Shown here: positions 1 to 12,876 of the stretch, piece after piece | How positions within the stretch are numbered: position 1 is the stretch's first letter | Layout of the letters: each line of letters begins with the position of its first letter | NCBI GenBank assembly: GCA_028534125.1 | Contig: CM052828.1 | Location: 61,256,001-61,320,000, forward strand | Length of the DNA: 64,000 nt | From: Lama glama | Lineage: Eukaryota | Direction: 5' to 3' | Position numbers and translations under genes: made by a program | Notes under the pieces: model-generated | What the model saw: only the letters and a program-made list of their open reading frames with translations | Databases searched by the model: none | What the model was told of the DNA's origin: nothing

Positions 1-731
1 TGACGGCGTGGAAGTCTGGGCGGACGAGCCTGGCAGTGGATCTTTGAACGTGAGCCACATCGGACGCTTGTGGCTTGGACCTGTGGGGCCCCCTCGGCCT
101 CGGCACAGATCACATAACGCAATATTAAATTGCGTTAAAATCAGCCAAGGCAGCCAGCCGAAGGAAAAATGCAAAACCCGTTGTCAGACCGCATTGGATG
201 TGTCCGGATCCCTTTTCTGTGTTTGTGGAAGTTCTGTTGCACGGTCAGGAAGCGGTCCTTCAAGTTCCAGTCAGGCAAGTCCGAGAGCGTCAGTTGGAGT
301 GCAGTGCAGCGGCCGTCCTCATCAGAAGCACCGAAGCGCTTGCCTGACCATCAGCCCCGTTTCCCTTGAAGTGAGCCAGCCCTGGTCACGTGCAGTGGTG
401 CTTCCTGCGTTCGTCCACCAGTTGGTACCTTCGTCTTAGGACTCAAAGGTGGGGAGACCGTCGGGTCTGTGCTGGCGCTGCACCTGCTGTCTGCTTGCCA
501 AGGGGTCTTGACCGTCACCCTGTCCCGCTCGAGCCCCCTTCTCAGCCCCCGTTCCAACGAGGCTGCCACAGTGAAGTCATGGCTACGTTTCCTGAGGAAC
601 CTCATTAGGCATTCTATGGCCTTGGACAGAAGTGACTGGGCTGAGATGCAGACTCAGTCACGTTCACTGCCCCACCCGCCTCCAAGCTCGTCCACGGGTA
701 CAGCAGCGTGTGACCGTGCTGTCGGGGCTTC

Positions 732-830
732 TGCTGTGGACAGAGTGCTCCCATCCCCCAGACTGATGTGTTGAAACCTTACCTCCAGAGAGATGGGTCC
801 TTAACAGGCGATGAGGCCCTGAGGGCGTGG
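732..830 (+). mobile_element. MLT1-like (ERVL-MaLR) LTR 5' fragment
   Basis: tgctgtggacagagtg...atgtgttgaaacctt resembles the remembered MLT1 start. Confidence 0.4.
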
Positions 831-1090
831 AAGGAGGGATGGATGGATGGAAGATGGGTGGGTGGTTGCGGGTGGAGGGATGGAGAGACGTACAAGTAGA
901 GGGATGAATGGATGGGTGGCTGTGGATGGAGGGATGGAAGGATGGGTGAGGGGTGGATGAACGAATGGAGAGATGGACGAGTGGACGAGTGGATGGATGC
1001 ATGGAGCAATGAAGAGATGGTGGAGTGTTACGTAGATGGTTGAATGATTAAGCCATCAGATGGACGATTGGCTGGTTGGATGGATGACGG
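830..1090. repeat. Degenerate (TGGA)n/(GGAT)n simple repeat
   Basis: Runs of ggatggatgg; source of the His/Pro/Ser-rich spurious minus-strand ORFs. Confidence 0.9.
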
Positions 1091-1458
1091 AGTTACTCTG
1101 AAATCCGTCTTGCTCCTTTCCTAGTAGTAAAAAGAGTTTTGCTTTTAGGAAAAGAGGTAGGAGCCAAGGAGTCTCTCTGGGCTGTGTGTGAGTGCACAGT
1201 CGTCTCCCTTCAGCTGCCTTGAAGTTGGGGGAAGACGCGTCCATCTGGCCGCAGGGCAGGGCGGCTGCTCACCCACCCTCTGGGCACAGGAGCCCAGCTG
1301 CCCAGGGATGAGCCACGTGCTTCCTGCCTCTCGGTCTCCTTCTGGGAGGCTCTGGTTGGTGCTGGCGTCTCCGCTTTAGACTCAGCGTCTGAAGTCGCCT
1401 CTGGCTGCTCTGGATTTGGGGCTGAAACCACTCCATTCCATTTGTGCCTCGTCTCCAG

Positions 1459-1539
1459 GAACCCAGGCCCCTCGTGGCGGGAAGGTGTCAGTTTTACTCC
1501 AGCGGAGTCGGATACCTGCACGACGTCTACCAGACGGAG
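1459..1539 (+). CDS. TMEM255B: TMEM255B internal coding exon (exon 5 by the human model), [27 protein letters not shown]
   Basis: ctccAG acceptor at 1457-1458 and GTAAGC donor at 1540; 81 nt. The peptide matches remembered TMEM255B/FAM70B ([24 protein letters not shown]). Upstream exons lie outside the window. Confidence 0.96.
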
Positions 1540-2028
1540 GTAAGCAGCGGGGCCGGTCTGGCTCCGCGACCCGGTGGTCTCTGCCCGTTGACCTCACACA
1601 CGTGGGTGGCGGGGGTCCTCCTGCCGGTTGCAGAGCGCTGGGGGAGGGAGGAAGGTGCATGTTTCTGCCCCAGTCTTGCTGCTTTCACATCAAAAGCTGC
1701 CCAAACACCTGCACCCCAGTGCCGCAGGCGCCCGAGGGGAGGCCTGCGGGTGGCTTGGGGTGTGCCGGCTTGGTCCAGTCGTGCTGCCCGGAGCCCTCTC
1801 CCTCCCCTTGTCCAGTGAGTGTTGGCCACCTGGCCTCCTGGGGTGGCTGAACCTAGTCCTCGGACTCCTCCCAGCCCTGCTGCACCCGGTCTGGGGGAGG
1901 GAGGGGTGGGTCAGGAGGGGCAGTGGTCTGACTGAGGGGCAGAGTGGCTGGGTCCCCCCTTCCCCCAAGGGAGGCCTCTGCCCACCTGGAGTGAGGCCGG
2001 CGGGGACCTGACGGGTCTCTGCTCGCAG

Positions 2029-2114
2029 GTCACCTGTCACTCCCTGAACGGAAGGTGTCAGCTGAAGGTTAGAAGCAACACCTGCTACTGCTGTGACCTC
2101 TACAGCTGTGAGAG
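2029..2114 (+). CDS. TMEM255B: TMEM255B coding exon 6, [28 protein letters not shown]
   Basis: gcAG acceptor at 2027-2028 and GTGAGA donor at 2115; 86 nt. Carries the Cys-rich NTCYCCDLY motif of the TMEM255 family. Not in the ORF track. Confidence 0.96.
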
Positions 2115-2810
2115 GTGAGAGGGGCCTGACGGCTGGGGGAATCAGAACCCTCCCTGCATTGTCTTTTAAATTTTGTGTTACTAGCTTGAACGCCTACATT
2201 AGAACTAGCAGGGAGCTGAATGTTTGCTTCTTGGGGCCCCGTCTCTGAATTGTGGAAAACTCTGGGGGTCTAGGCTGCACCCCCTCCCTAAGAGTGGGGA
2301 TCTACCCCGTTTCCACCCCAGTCAGGCTACTGGCAGCTCCTCGTGGCCGGGGCCATATGATGAGATGCCGTGGTCTAGACCCTGCACAGACCTCCGCAGG
2401 CCCAGGCCACGGGGCCAGGATGAGCCTCACTGGGGCTCACCCTCCCGTGTTCCCTGCCAGGGCGGCCAGGTGGAGAGGGCTCTGCTGTCAGCCTTTCTGC
2501 CCTGCTGGCTCTGAGGGCGACCAAGTCAAGGTTCCATCTCCCAGGGCCTGTGTTTGGGGCAGTCTTTCCTGCTCAGAGGCCTGTGCTCCCTCCCCAGGTG
2601 GACACCAAGCTCCCTGGGGACAGCCTTGCCCCGGGTCTTCAGGGTGCGCTCAACAGACAGCCCCGTCCCTCCATGGTCAGGGCCCCGGGACTTCTCAGCA
2701 AACGCCTGAGCACCTGGCTGGACACTGTGTCTCTGAGCCACCCTGCTCGCGGGATGCGTCACCTCAGTGCAGGTGTGGGTGACGCTGTTGTCCCCCCTGC
2801 CCCCGCGCAG

Positions 2811-2970
2811 CACTGAGCACCCTCCCGTCTACTACGAGTTCGTGGGCGTGAGCAGCTGCCGGGACGTGCTCCACCTGCACCGGCTGCTCTGGGCCTCGTT
2901 GGCACTCAACGTCCTGGGCCTGTTCCTGGGCATCGTCACTGCGGCCGTCCTGGGGGCCTTCAAGGACGTG
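2811..2970 (+). CDS. TMEM255B: TMEM255B coding exon 7, including the last TM helix ([28 protein letters not shown])
   Basis: gcAG ends at 2810, GTGAGT donor at 2971; 160 nt; phase fits the previous exon. Confidence 0.96.
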
Positions 2971-5864
2971 GTGAGTAACGCCCGCCCCGTGCTGAGCAGA
3001 CCAGGCCCACGGCCCCATCACCCTCACTCACAGATGAGGGGACAGGCCGGTGGGGCCCAGCCTCAGGGCTGTGCGTGGAAGCAGGGCCCTCAGTCCCCTC
3101 CCCACCTGAGGCTGGAGCCACTGAAGCCCACGCAGGGGGCACGACTTCAGCCGCAAGGGGACCTGAGCCTGGCACCCCCATGGCTGTGTCCACATGTGGA
3201 TTGCCGGGGCCTCCCTCCCTCCCACCCCAAGCTCAGACGACTGTGAGGCCAGCCTCCTGGGAACGGGCTCCAGAGTCTGGGGCCTCCGGGGAGGGGCAGC
3301 TCTGCAGGGCCCAGGCCGGAGGCTGCTCTCGGGCTCTCCGCAGGGCAGTGTCCTCCCCAGGGACCCGTCTGTTCTGATTTAGGTTCTCACTGGGGCCAGA
3401 CGCCACCTCCTGCAATGTCACCCTTCCTCCACAGACACCAAGGGGAGCTCACAGCCGCCCGGTGCCATCCAGCGCTAACGAAAACACAAATGTGTGCAAA
3501 CACAGCCCCCGCAGGCCAGACCCCAGCCCCGTCCGCAGCTCAGACTGCCATGTGGTGGCTTGTCACCACAGCCCGGAGGCTCTGGCCATTGGCCACGTTT
3601 CTCAGCTTACCGGGAGCCTCCGAGATGTGACATGTTTCTTGAGGGTTCCCTGGCTCCAGACAAAACCTGAGATGCCACCGAGACCCTAAGCCCCATAACC
3701 ACAGCCGTCCCGGCCCTCACCGGGCAGTGCAGCCGCTTGGTCGTGGGATGTCTTTACACTCATGAGGGACGAGTGTCCCATCCTTCGAGGACGAGGGCCA
3801 GGAAGCCTGGCGTCCGCAGGGCCCCACGGTGCATCTGCACAATCCCCCGGGGTGGGGCCTTCCTGCTGTGGCCATGTCAGAGCTTTGCCCCTGGCAGATT
3901 ATAGGAGAGCGAGGTTAGACCAGACTGACTCGCAGTGTGTCTGGTGAGCGTCCTGCCGGCCTGCGAGCTGGGGTAGAGGTTGGCCTGTCCCCGGGGATGG
4001 CGGTCAGCCCAGTGGGTTTCCGGAAGCAGCTCCAGAGCCCACTGAGGTTACGATAACCTTGCTGGAGTGTTCTCTCGGGAAGGTAGTAATATCCTGGGAA
4101 GGCCCTGGTCACACAGGCAGGACATGGAGTTCTGTAGACTCTGGACAACCTCCTTCCATGAACCCAAAGCTCTGGGGGGTTGTAAGAAGCAAGGCAGGTG
4201 ATTCCTTAAAGCAACTTTAATGGACCTTATAATTTAGGAATTATCTTAAGGGATGAAGACACTTCACTGACCACCCAAAGCCCTCGGCACTGAGGGCCGG
4301 GAGGGCCGGTCACAGACAGCTCATCCTGAGGGGAGCGGGGGAGCCTCGGGTCTGCAGAGGGTCTCCCGGGGCGGGGTTGCTCCAGCATCGTGGCAACACT
4401 TACAGACACCCGGCTTAAACTCAGCTGAAACCAGTCTGAGTGAGGAAGGGTCTGCATTGGCCTCGGGTATAAGAAGGCAGGTGGGAAGTCCTGCTGGCCC
4501 AGCCGGGGTCACATCGCAGTCACGGGGGCTCAGGGGTGACAAGGTGGACAGGCGGTCATGCCAGACTGGGCAGACGCGGGACGGGAGGCTGGGGGTGGGG
4601 TCCAGCGTCCCCCTCGGAGTGGCCGTAGTGTCCCGGAATGAGGCTGCCTCGTGGGAGACCCCAACCCCTGTCCCCCCGGGACCCTGAAAGGCTGAGTAGG
4701 GCTAGGCGGCTCCTCTCTGGCCCTGACCCTCGACCCTCACCAGCCCTCTCAGCCCCAGCCCCCAGGCTCTCCCCTGTGGCCGGGAGGCCCCCAGCCACGC
4801 CTTGGACCCTGACGGCTCTCCGTGGCCTTGGGGCGCGGCTGCGGGCTGAGCCGGCTGGGTCAGGGCGTGTGCAGCTGGCGCTCGGCTCTGCTCGTTGGCG
4901 AATAAGGTGTCAGGGCGTCGCGGTGGCTGAGCTTGGGCTCTGCCTCGAGTTCTCCGTCCTGTGTCCCTGCTGCTGAGCCATCGGCTCCCTCCTTGGAGTT
5001 CGACTGACTCCTCGATGCAGTTCAGCGACAGGCAGGCCTCGTGCTGAGCTCCTGGTAGGAGGGCCTGGCTGGCGGGGCAGCTCTGGGGGCTCCCTGCTCC
5101 CCCTGCCCCTGCAGGCCCAGCCTCCCCACTGCCCAGCCCAGCCCTCAGCCGGCTCTGGTCACCTCCAGTGCTGCGATGAGCTTTCAGACCCTCTGCCCCT
5201 GCTGTGTGGCCCCTCCCCAGATCCACGGTGCCTGCCCCATGGCAGTCAGGCGGGAACCCAGTTCGTGCTCTTAGGGAAGGGTATGCCTCTGGTCTGGGAA
5301 CCCTGAGGCCCCCAGGGGAGTGACTGGCCGCCCTCGGGGGAGGAGTCTGTCCCACGGCCCGTCCTCCCCCGGGGCTGGGTGAGCAGCCGAATCAGGCCCA
5401 GGTCCCGATTTCCCCTGGGGAGTCAGAGCCTCCCGTGAACTGATGGGAGCAGGAATTTGGGAAGTTCTGGTCTCGTCCGTGCTTCTCCAGAAATCCCTGC
5501 AACCAGAGCTCTCCCTCACAGCTGGGCCACGGGAGCACCTGTGGGGAGGGGCCCCCAAAGCCAGCCCCTTCCTCGTGGCAGCTGCGTGGGGACCCCACGA
5601 CACAGGCCCCTGCAGTGGAGGGGCTGGGGTCTTCCTGCTCTTTCAGAAAAAGCACCAAGAGAGCCTGGCCTAGGCTGGCGGGTCCCTGGGACAAAAAACC
5701 GAGAAAACGAAAAGCGGGACTGAGCCCCCTTTTAGGGAGAGAGCCTGGCTGAGGACTCGGGACCCAGAAGGACGGCGGCTGGGGGATGAGTTTCTCAGAG
5801 AGGGGTCGGGTGGAGGGGCGCACGCCTGGGAGGGTCGGCTGACGCGTCTCCACCCTCCTGGCAG

Positions 5865-6008
5865 GTCCCTCTGTCCCAGCGGGCCTATGGCCCGCCTGCA
5901 CCGCCCCAGATGCTGTACAACCCCGCCCAGCAGGTCCTGGCCTACTCCGGCTTCTGCCCTGCGCCCGCAGCCCTCCCCACCTGCTCATCCTTCCCGCTGC
6001 CTCTCCAG
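5865..6008 (+). CDS. TMEM255B: TMEM255B coding exon 8, [48 protein letters not shown]
   Basis: gcAG at 5863-5864 and GTAGGC donor at 6009; 144 nt in frame; LYNPAQQ.LAY motif. Not in the ORF track. Confidence 0.95.
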
Positions 6009-7441
6009 GTAGGCTGAGCGTCTCCGGGCTGAAGCCGCTGCTCACGTCATGGGCAGTGGTCACTTAGCCGTCGGACAGGGTGCAGGGGTGGAGGTGCAGC
6101 TCTGGCTGAAGGTCAGGGGGCCTGTGGCTTCCCCTCCTGATGTAACAGGGCAGTGCAGTTGGCTTGCACCAGCAAAGGGTTCGGGACAGTCTAAGGGGAC
6201 GTGGAGGGTGACCCCAGGCCCCTTGCCTGGACGTCCAACAGCTCTCCGGGGCATTTGGGGCATCCTTTGCTCTGTGTGGCCCTGGTGACCCAGCCAGCCC
6301 ACAGAGGTTCCTGTCCAGAGTGAGTGAGCCACCCACCCACCCACACATCACCGACACTGGGACACTTGCACAATGCTGGCCTTGGGGCTGCTATGGGAAA
6401 GGGGGCATTTGGAGGCCAAACCTTGTTTACAGAGCAGTGCCCCCGGCCCACCCTCCCGCTGCCGGCACACCCCCGTTGAGATGACAGACATGTCCCCAGC
6501 TGTCGCCTGTGTCCTCGGAGGCAGAGGTTAACCTGTCTTAGCCCCGGTGTTGAGGGCGACCTGGTGGACCTCCTCTGGGGTCTGTGTCGATGACAGTGGT
6601 GGTCAGCGACCAGTCCTGGGAGTTCCTGCTACCAAGGTGTGGGATGGGCTTTGCTTCTGCCCTTGGGCGGGCGGGGGCTAGGGGATGAACGAGGGGATGC
6701 CCAGACCCCGGCTGTGTGTTGTGAGGTCACATGCCTTCATTTGTTTGGGGGGCCAGCGCCCAGAGAGTGACATTGGCAGGACGTGACACCAGCTTAGGAC
6801 CGGTGGCTGTACAGGATGGGTCTGTCTGGGGTGGATTCGAGGGGGGCTGAGGTGAAGGGACTGCCGTGTGCACCTGTTGCCTCATCTCTGTGCCCCCTCT
6901 GACTTGGAGGAGCCCGCAGACCCACCCCAGCTCACCCCTGGGTCAGTGAGGTCCGACGGCGCGTGTGGCTGGAAGGGGGTGTGGGGTCTCTGGACCTCAG
7001 GAAGTGGGGGTGCGGCATGTTAAGAAAGCCTGCAGGTCACGTCCTGCCGAGGACGGGCCAGCCGGGGAGAGTTCAGCGACGACCTTATCTCCCTGTGGGA
7101 TTGCCCGTCCCCTCCTCTGTGCCCAGCTCCTTCTACTTGCCTTGAGAATGAAGCTGGTGGCTATGCACCCAGGGCGTTGGGGGCCTTGGAATTCATAGAG
7201 GAGGCTGGGACACAGCCTGAGGTCAATGCCACGCCTGTGCGGAGAGGTGGCTCACAGGATGTGCTGTGGGAGGCCTCCACCGGCCATCGCGGGTTGACCA
7301 GTTAGCCAGTCGCCATCCTGCCCTGCAGGGTGGGTCCTGAGTCTGGGCATGAGAGGCCCCTGTGAGCCTGGTCTCCACTGGAGAGAGGCCTGGCTCCAGA
7401 CCTGGGAAGGGACTATCCAGGGGTCAGGAAATGAGCTGGTT

Positions 7442-7460
7442 GCTGGCGCCCCCTGGTGGC
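7442..7460 (-). promoter_or_regulatory. CTCF core motif GCCACCAGGGGGCGCCAGC
   Basis: Near-perfect match to the CCACCAGGGGGCGC consensus, in the last TMEM255B intron. Confidence 0.65.
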
Positions 7461-8752
7461 GTCACTCCTGAGGGCGGGCACGCCCTGGTGTCACGGGGCA
7501 CAGCTTTCCCAACACCCAGGCCATACCTGCAGCCCCCGCCTTGCCCAGAAGTGTCACCCGCATCCCACCTCCGGGCGTCCTCCCTGGTCCCCATCACAGG
7601 AAGGATTGCGTCATCTGGGCTGTGTCCTGTGTCCTGGGGGCTCTGCTTGGCCATCCTCATCTGCTTAGTTTGCAAACCTGGAATGTGAGACCCACAGCTG
7701 TAGGGAGCGCTGGACCCTCGGCTGGTTGGCCACCTGTGGTCACAAACCCAAGCTTGAAAATGCAGTCAGGGAGGGACCCACACTCCCTGCATGCTGGCTG
7801 GTCTTGCCACCCCCACGTCCACCTTGAGGTACCACAGCCGCTCCCACACACGGGAGCTCCCTGACCTGGGAGGGAGGCCATGCTGTGCCAGCATGGCTGG
7901 GAGGTGGAGATGACCCCCACAGGGCCCCTCCTCTGGTCTCAGCCCCGACATTCGGGCTGGGTTGTCACCAGCCTCCTGCAAGCTTGGCCAAAGGGAGGAC
8001 TGGGGGAGGACAGGGCCTCATCCTGCTGGTGCTGGAGGCCGACAGCAGCTGGTGCTCTGCTCCCTGAGCTCGGGCACTGGGCGGCTTCCTGCTCCTGTCC
8101 CCTCAGGGGCTGTGGTCCTTGCAGGAGTACAGGGTGGGGCATGGCCTCCGTCCATGCAGCTCAGTGCTGATGAATGGACCACTTTATCCGGTGTTGGACC
8201 CCATCCTCATCCACCTTGCAGCCCTGGCTCTTCACAAACAGCAGATGCTCCCCGTTCTCCCTCCCGAGGAGGCCTGGGCTCCCCTCCCGGGGCCTCATCA
8301 GCCTTTACGCCAGCGCACATGTGAGTGTCATTCCACAGACGTCAGTAATCAGATTTCCGGGAGATGACAGTCAGGGAGTCTCTGTGTTTCCTGAGAAGAA
8401 AAACACAGGTTGATGCTGCTGCTGTTGACCAGCAGAGGAGGCAAGGGGGTGTTTCAGTGCTCGTCAAAGTCATCAGCAGTGGAGATGCTCTCACATAACA
8501 GCAAGCAGCGAGCAGCTACTGGCAGGCTGTTTTGAGCAGTTAGTCAAAAGAGAAATCCAGAAGGGAACCCACCTTCCTTGCTCCCAGGGCCACCCGACCA
8601 GGACGTGCAGGGAAGGGCTTGGCGCTGATGAGCTTTCAGGAATAGGACATGCTGACCATCAGCTTGCATCCCGCAGCTAAGGGACCTCAGGCCCTATAAC
8701 CGAGGGACTTGCTGTCTGTTCCTCTGACGGGGTCGCCTGTGTGGACAGAGCC

Positions 8753-8930
8753 TAGTTTGCTCCGTAGTTCCTGGTGGTTTACTCTGTGGTCCGTGGTGGT
8801 TTACTCTGTGGTTCCTGGTGGGCTGCCCCGTGGTCCGTGGTGGTTTACTCCACGGTTCCTGGTGGCTTACCCCGTGGTTCTTAGTGGGTTGCTCCGTGGC
8901 GGTTTACTCTGTGGTTCCTGGTGGTTTATT
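8753..8930. repeat. 22-bp minisatellite GTGGTTCCTGGTGGTTTACTCT, about 8 degenerate copies
   Basis: Periodicity is directly visible. Confidence 0.85.
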
Positions 8931-9565
8931 GTTTCCTGCTGGCTCGCTCTGGCTCCCACTGGTTTAGTCCATAGTCTAGTGTGCTTTAGTCCCGGTTTTC
9001 TCAGCTGCTGTCTCCTGTGAAGCACTGAGCAGACACGTGCTTGGAGGGAGCTGGGAGCCCCTAGCAGACCTGAGAGGGTGTTCTCTAGAGGTTTGCTTTG
9101 TCCCCCGAGGTCAGATAAGTGTGAATTTGAGAGAAAGGAAGAAAGAGAGGTGGGCAGGAGCCCAGGGCCCTTGGACTCCAAAAGCCCCAGCTGTCGAACC
9201 TGAGCTCCAGCTTATGAGAAAAGTCTCCTTTCAGATCCTGAGGTCTGAGGCGTCTCTGGAGTTGGGGGTGGGGCGGACCGGCCTCCCCAGGACCTGGGTA
9301 GCTGGCAGGCGGGCAGCAAAGGAGCCACACCGTATGGCCACAGACTGGAGCCCGCACACATGCCTGTGTCCTGTTGTGGGGGGAGCTCGCTTTATTTATT
9401 TAATATTGGTTTAAAGCAGGCATTTTTAACCCTTAGAAATTAAGAAATAAAAAGAAACTTAAGGTTTGTTGACAGGTGGGAAAAAAAGCTGGAAATTTCA
9501 TTGATTTAGAATCTGTGCCACGCCCCAACGTTTCCTTCACAGAATCACGTTTTCTTGCGTCTACG

Positions 9566-9988
9566 TGTATTAGTGTGGCTTCTCCAGAGAAACAGCTGAC
9601 AGGGTGTGTGCGCATAACAGACTCAGACACAGATATGTCTGCAGCTACAGGTGTCGATGCTACAGACAGAGGCGTACAGGTAGAGAAATGGAGGTAGAGA
9701 GAGAGTCAGAAACCTGCAGGGCAGGCCACAGATTGGAGGCCCCTGGAGGAAGGGATTTTGCAGATTCGAGTCCCGTCAGTCTGGAGGCAGAACTCTCTGT
9801 TCCTCAGGAACCTCAGTCTTTCCCTCTTTGACTGATCAGAGGAGGCCCTCCCACAGCGAGGAGGGTGGTCTGCTGATCTTCCTGGTAATCGTGGCTAGAG
9901 AACACCCTCAAAGTGACCTCCGGACTGTCTGAGCAAAGATCTGGGCACCGAGGTCTAGCCAAGTTAATGCGTAAGGTTAACCATCACA
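9566..9988 (-). mobile_element. MLT2-type (ERVL) solo LTR
   Basis: Ends tgtattagt..ttctccagagaaacag and ..ttaaccatcaca are the reverse complement of MLT2 termini; flanks ctacg/ctgtg may be a decayed 5-bp TSD. Confidence 0.8.
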
Positions 9989-10439
9989 CTGTGTTGAAAA
10001 TATTCATGTTCTTGGTTTTTTTCCCTTAAAATATGAAGTGTCGAGTCAACCCAGGGCCCCTAGCAAGCCGTGCAGCCTTTTCCGCAGACAGGGTTCGCAT
10101 GACCGTGTCCCGGCATCAGGCCGGTCGATGGCCACCCCATCGAGGGTTGAGACTGGTGCCCAGCAGGCAAGGCCAGGAGTCAGGGATCTGCAGGGCATTC
10201 CTGCAGGTGGTGGATTGGCGTTTGTGCAAAGGGGGCCCCGCTGGGCTGAACTGGGCCCTCCGTCCGGCCCCTGGGATTGCAGGCTGATCAGGGAGCAGGT
10301 CCCACTGGGAGGGCCTGGGTCTGGGGAGATTGAGCTGGGGGCGCTCTGGAGGGCGCTGGTGGCACGCTCCTGGGCTGCACGTGGAAGTGTGTGTGGCTGC
10401 CCTCCTGCCGACTGAGGATGCTTCTCTGTTTAATTGCAG

Positions 10440-10607
10440 CCCTCCAGCGGCCTCCCGGCCTTGCCCAGCGCTGACCTCTCTATGTCTGAGGACACACGGC
10501 CTCCGTCTCAGTCCAGCTCCGGCTGTGGGGGCCCCCCCAGTGTGCCCCCTGTCTATGCTGCCGCCCACGTCCTCCTGGGGGAGAAGCCGCCCCCTTATGC
10601 ACCCTGA
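10440..10607 (+). CDS. TMEM255B: TMEM255B last coding exon, PSSGLP...[11 protein letters not shown]
   Basis: ttgcAG acceptor at 10438-10439; 168 nt ending in TGA at 10605-10607. The C-terminal GEKPPPYAP is the family end. Confidence 0.95.
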   Translation, partial: PSSGLPALPSADLSMSEDTRPPSQSSSGCGGPPSVPPVYAAAHVLLGEKPPPYAP

Positions 10608-12876
10608 CCAGAGCCAGAGATCGAGCAAAATCTCCTTGGGGTTGTTAGAAAACAAAGCTGTGTCTGCAAGCCCTGCTTCCGTGGCTCAGCCTCCTGGACA
10701 CGGCACAGCACCTTCCAGAGGCTGAGCCCCTTCCCTCCCGGGGCGAATCACAGGGGCACAGAGCCCCGGGGGCCGTGGGCGGCACCTCCAGGTCAGCTGC
10801 ACACCAAACTGCGGGTCCCCATGCAGGGCCCCTCGCTCGCTGACAAAGCAGCTTCACGCCCTCCTGTCGTCCTCGCTAGTCATTGCGTCATTTTGCGAAG
10901 GGCATGTGGCCCCGTGCCGCGAGAGGAGGGGCTCTTGGAGGGGACATGCTGTGGCTGTGTCTATTGGTCGTGTCCCCAGGGACACGTCTGCTCCAGCGAC
11001 CGGACTCCTGGCTCACATATAAATGCTGTTTCCAAAGCCTGCAAGTGCCTGGGGTCCGTGCTCCTTTCCAAACGCCGACCCGCTGAGGGGACGTCTGCTC
11101 CCTGTGGTTGCCCGTTTCCTGTGTGAGGCATCTGTCTTCTGTGGAGTGTGTTGGGGGAGCCCGGCCTGCTCTGGGGGGCACCCCGAATGGGCCTCCCCCA
11201 GCAGCTGTGCCCAGTACAGACCTGAAGCTACTACCCCAGACCCCCGGGCACCTGCCCACTGCAGACACACCTGAGGGAGCAGGTGAGCACGGCCCTGCAC
11301 AGTCGAGTCCTGGCCCAGTGGCAGACCAGATTTACAGTCCTGGGTCTCTGGGGAACAGGGGAAGTGGGGGAGAGAGGAGGGACGGGGAGGGGGGCGGCTT
11401 AAGAGGACGCGGTCTCCTGCTCCCCTGCGGGCTGCAGGCACATTTGGTCTGACAGACAAAATACCCCCGGCCCTCGCGTTCGGAAAACACCCCCCGCTCT
11501 GCTTCCTGTGCCCGTCAAGCATTTCCTCTCGAGGAGGGAGGGCCCGGAGAAGAGTCTGGGCCCTCGACTCAGGAGGGCCTCTTGTTACGGACGAGGCAGG
11601 CAGGCCCGGACGCTGGTCAGGGCGTCTGCCATTCTGGTCCCGGCAGCCCCCTGGCCGTTCCGGGCAGCAGAGCCAAGACTGCGTGAGGTGAGTGACAGAA
11701 CCCCTGGTTTCCCGGCTCGTGAACGATACTCACGCCAGGCTGCAGTCTGTCCAGGGCGCGTGGCTGGTGTTCATCCCCCAATTACAGACGCTTCATTGCC
11801 CAGAAATGCCCAATCATAACAGTAGCAGCGAAGATCACTGGCCGTGAATCACCACACAAATACCATAATAATGAACAGTCTGGGGTGTCCTGGGAGCCAC
11901 CAGCAAGCGACGCAGACACGAGCGAAAGTACCTGCCCCACGCAGGGCGGCCCCGCGCCCCCCACTTGTGCAAACTCAGTCTCTGAGGAGCCGTAGAGCGA
12001 GGCCCGCCTGCATTTTGTTGAATGTGGACTCTGTGTTTCCAGGGGTCCTGACCCCGTGGGCCCCGCACAGCCCTGGCCTCTGTGGCCAGGACCTGGGGCT
12101 TGAGCCCCAAGGCCACGAACGCAGCGGTCACTCATTGTCAGCTTGGATTTTAGGTCAAACCATCCGTGGCCAAGCTGGCTGAATTGTTTGACTTGCTTCG
12201 GGCATATCGTAAAAAATAACACAACTGTCAAATTTAGAAGGAACAGTTCCATTGGCTGAGACGGTGCCCTCGGCCACACGTGGCCTTGCCGCTCCTCCAG
12301 CTGTCCGCCTGTGCCCGACTCAGTGGCCCCCGTGGGTCCCAGAGTCCCTCCCCGTCCGCCCCTGTCACCCAGACTCACTGGCCCAGGTCCACTTCCTCAT
12401 GGCTTTGCTTGGCGGCTGCATGAAGAGCTAGGATCTGGTTCAAAACTCATCCTTTCTGGGGGCTTCAGGATCATGGCGGCAGGAGTTTGTGGGCTGGGGT
12501 GGCCTGGCGTGCACCGAGGACCCCACGGGACACGTGTCCTGACACCCAGGGTGGCTCTCACAGGAAGAGTCGGCTGCGATCTGGGGAGATCGTTTTTCAC
12601 CAAAGAAACGTGCCTTGAACGTCCTGTAAACGGCAGTTATCAAGTGATTGACTGTCTTCCCCGCCTGGACTGTGCACGGAACAGAGAAGGTGCTTCTTAT
12701 TTCTGAGGCTTGTAAGAGCCAATTGGGTCCCGCGGGCAGTTTTGCGTAAGGAAGACCAGTGCCTGCCGCCACCCCACAGCCGCTCAATCCTCCGCTCTGC
12801 GAGGGTCCCGCAGCCGCGCCCATGGCCGGGCGCCCCGGGCAGCGGGGGCGGGGTCACAGTGCGGGTCTGGGGACTT

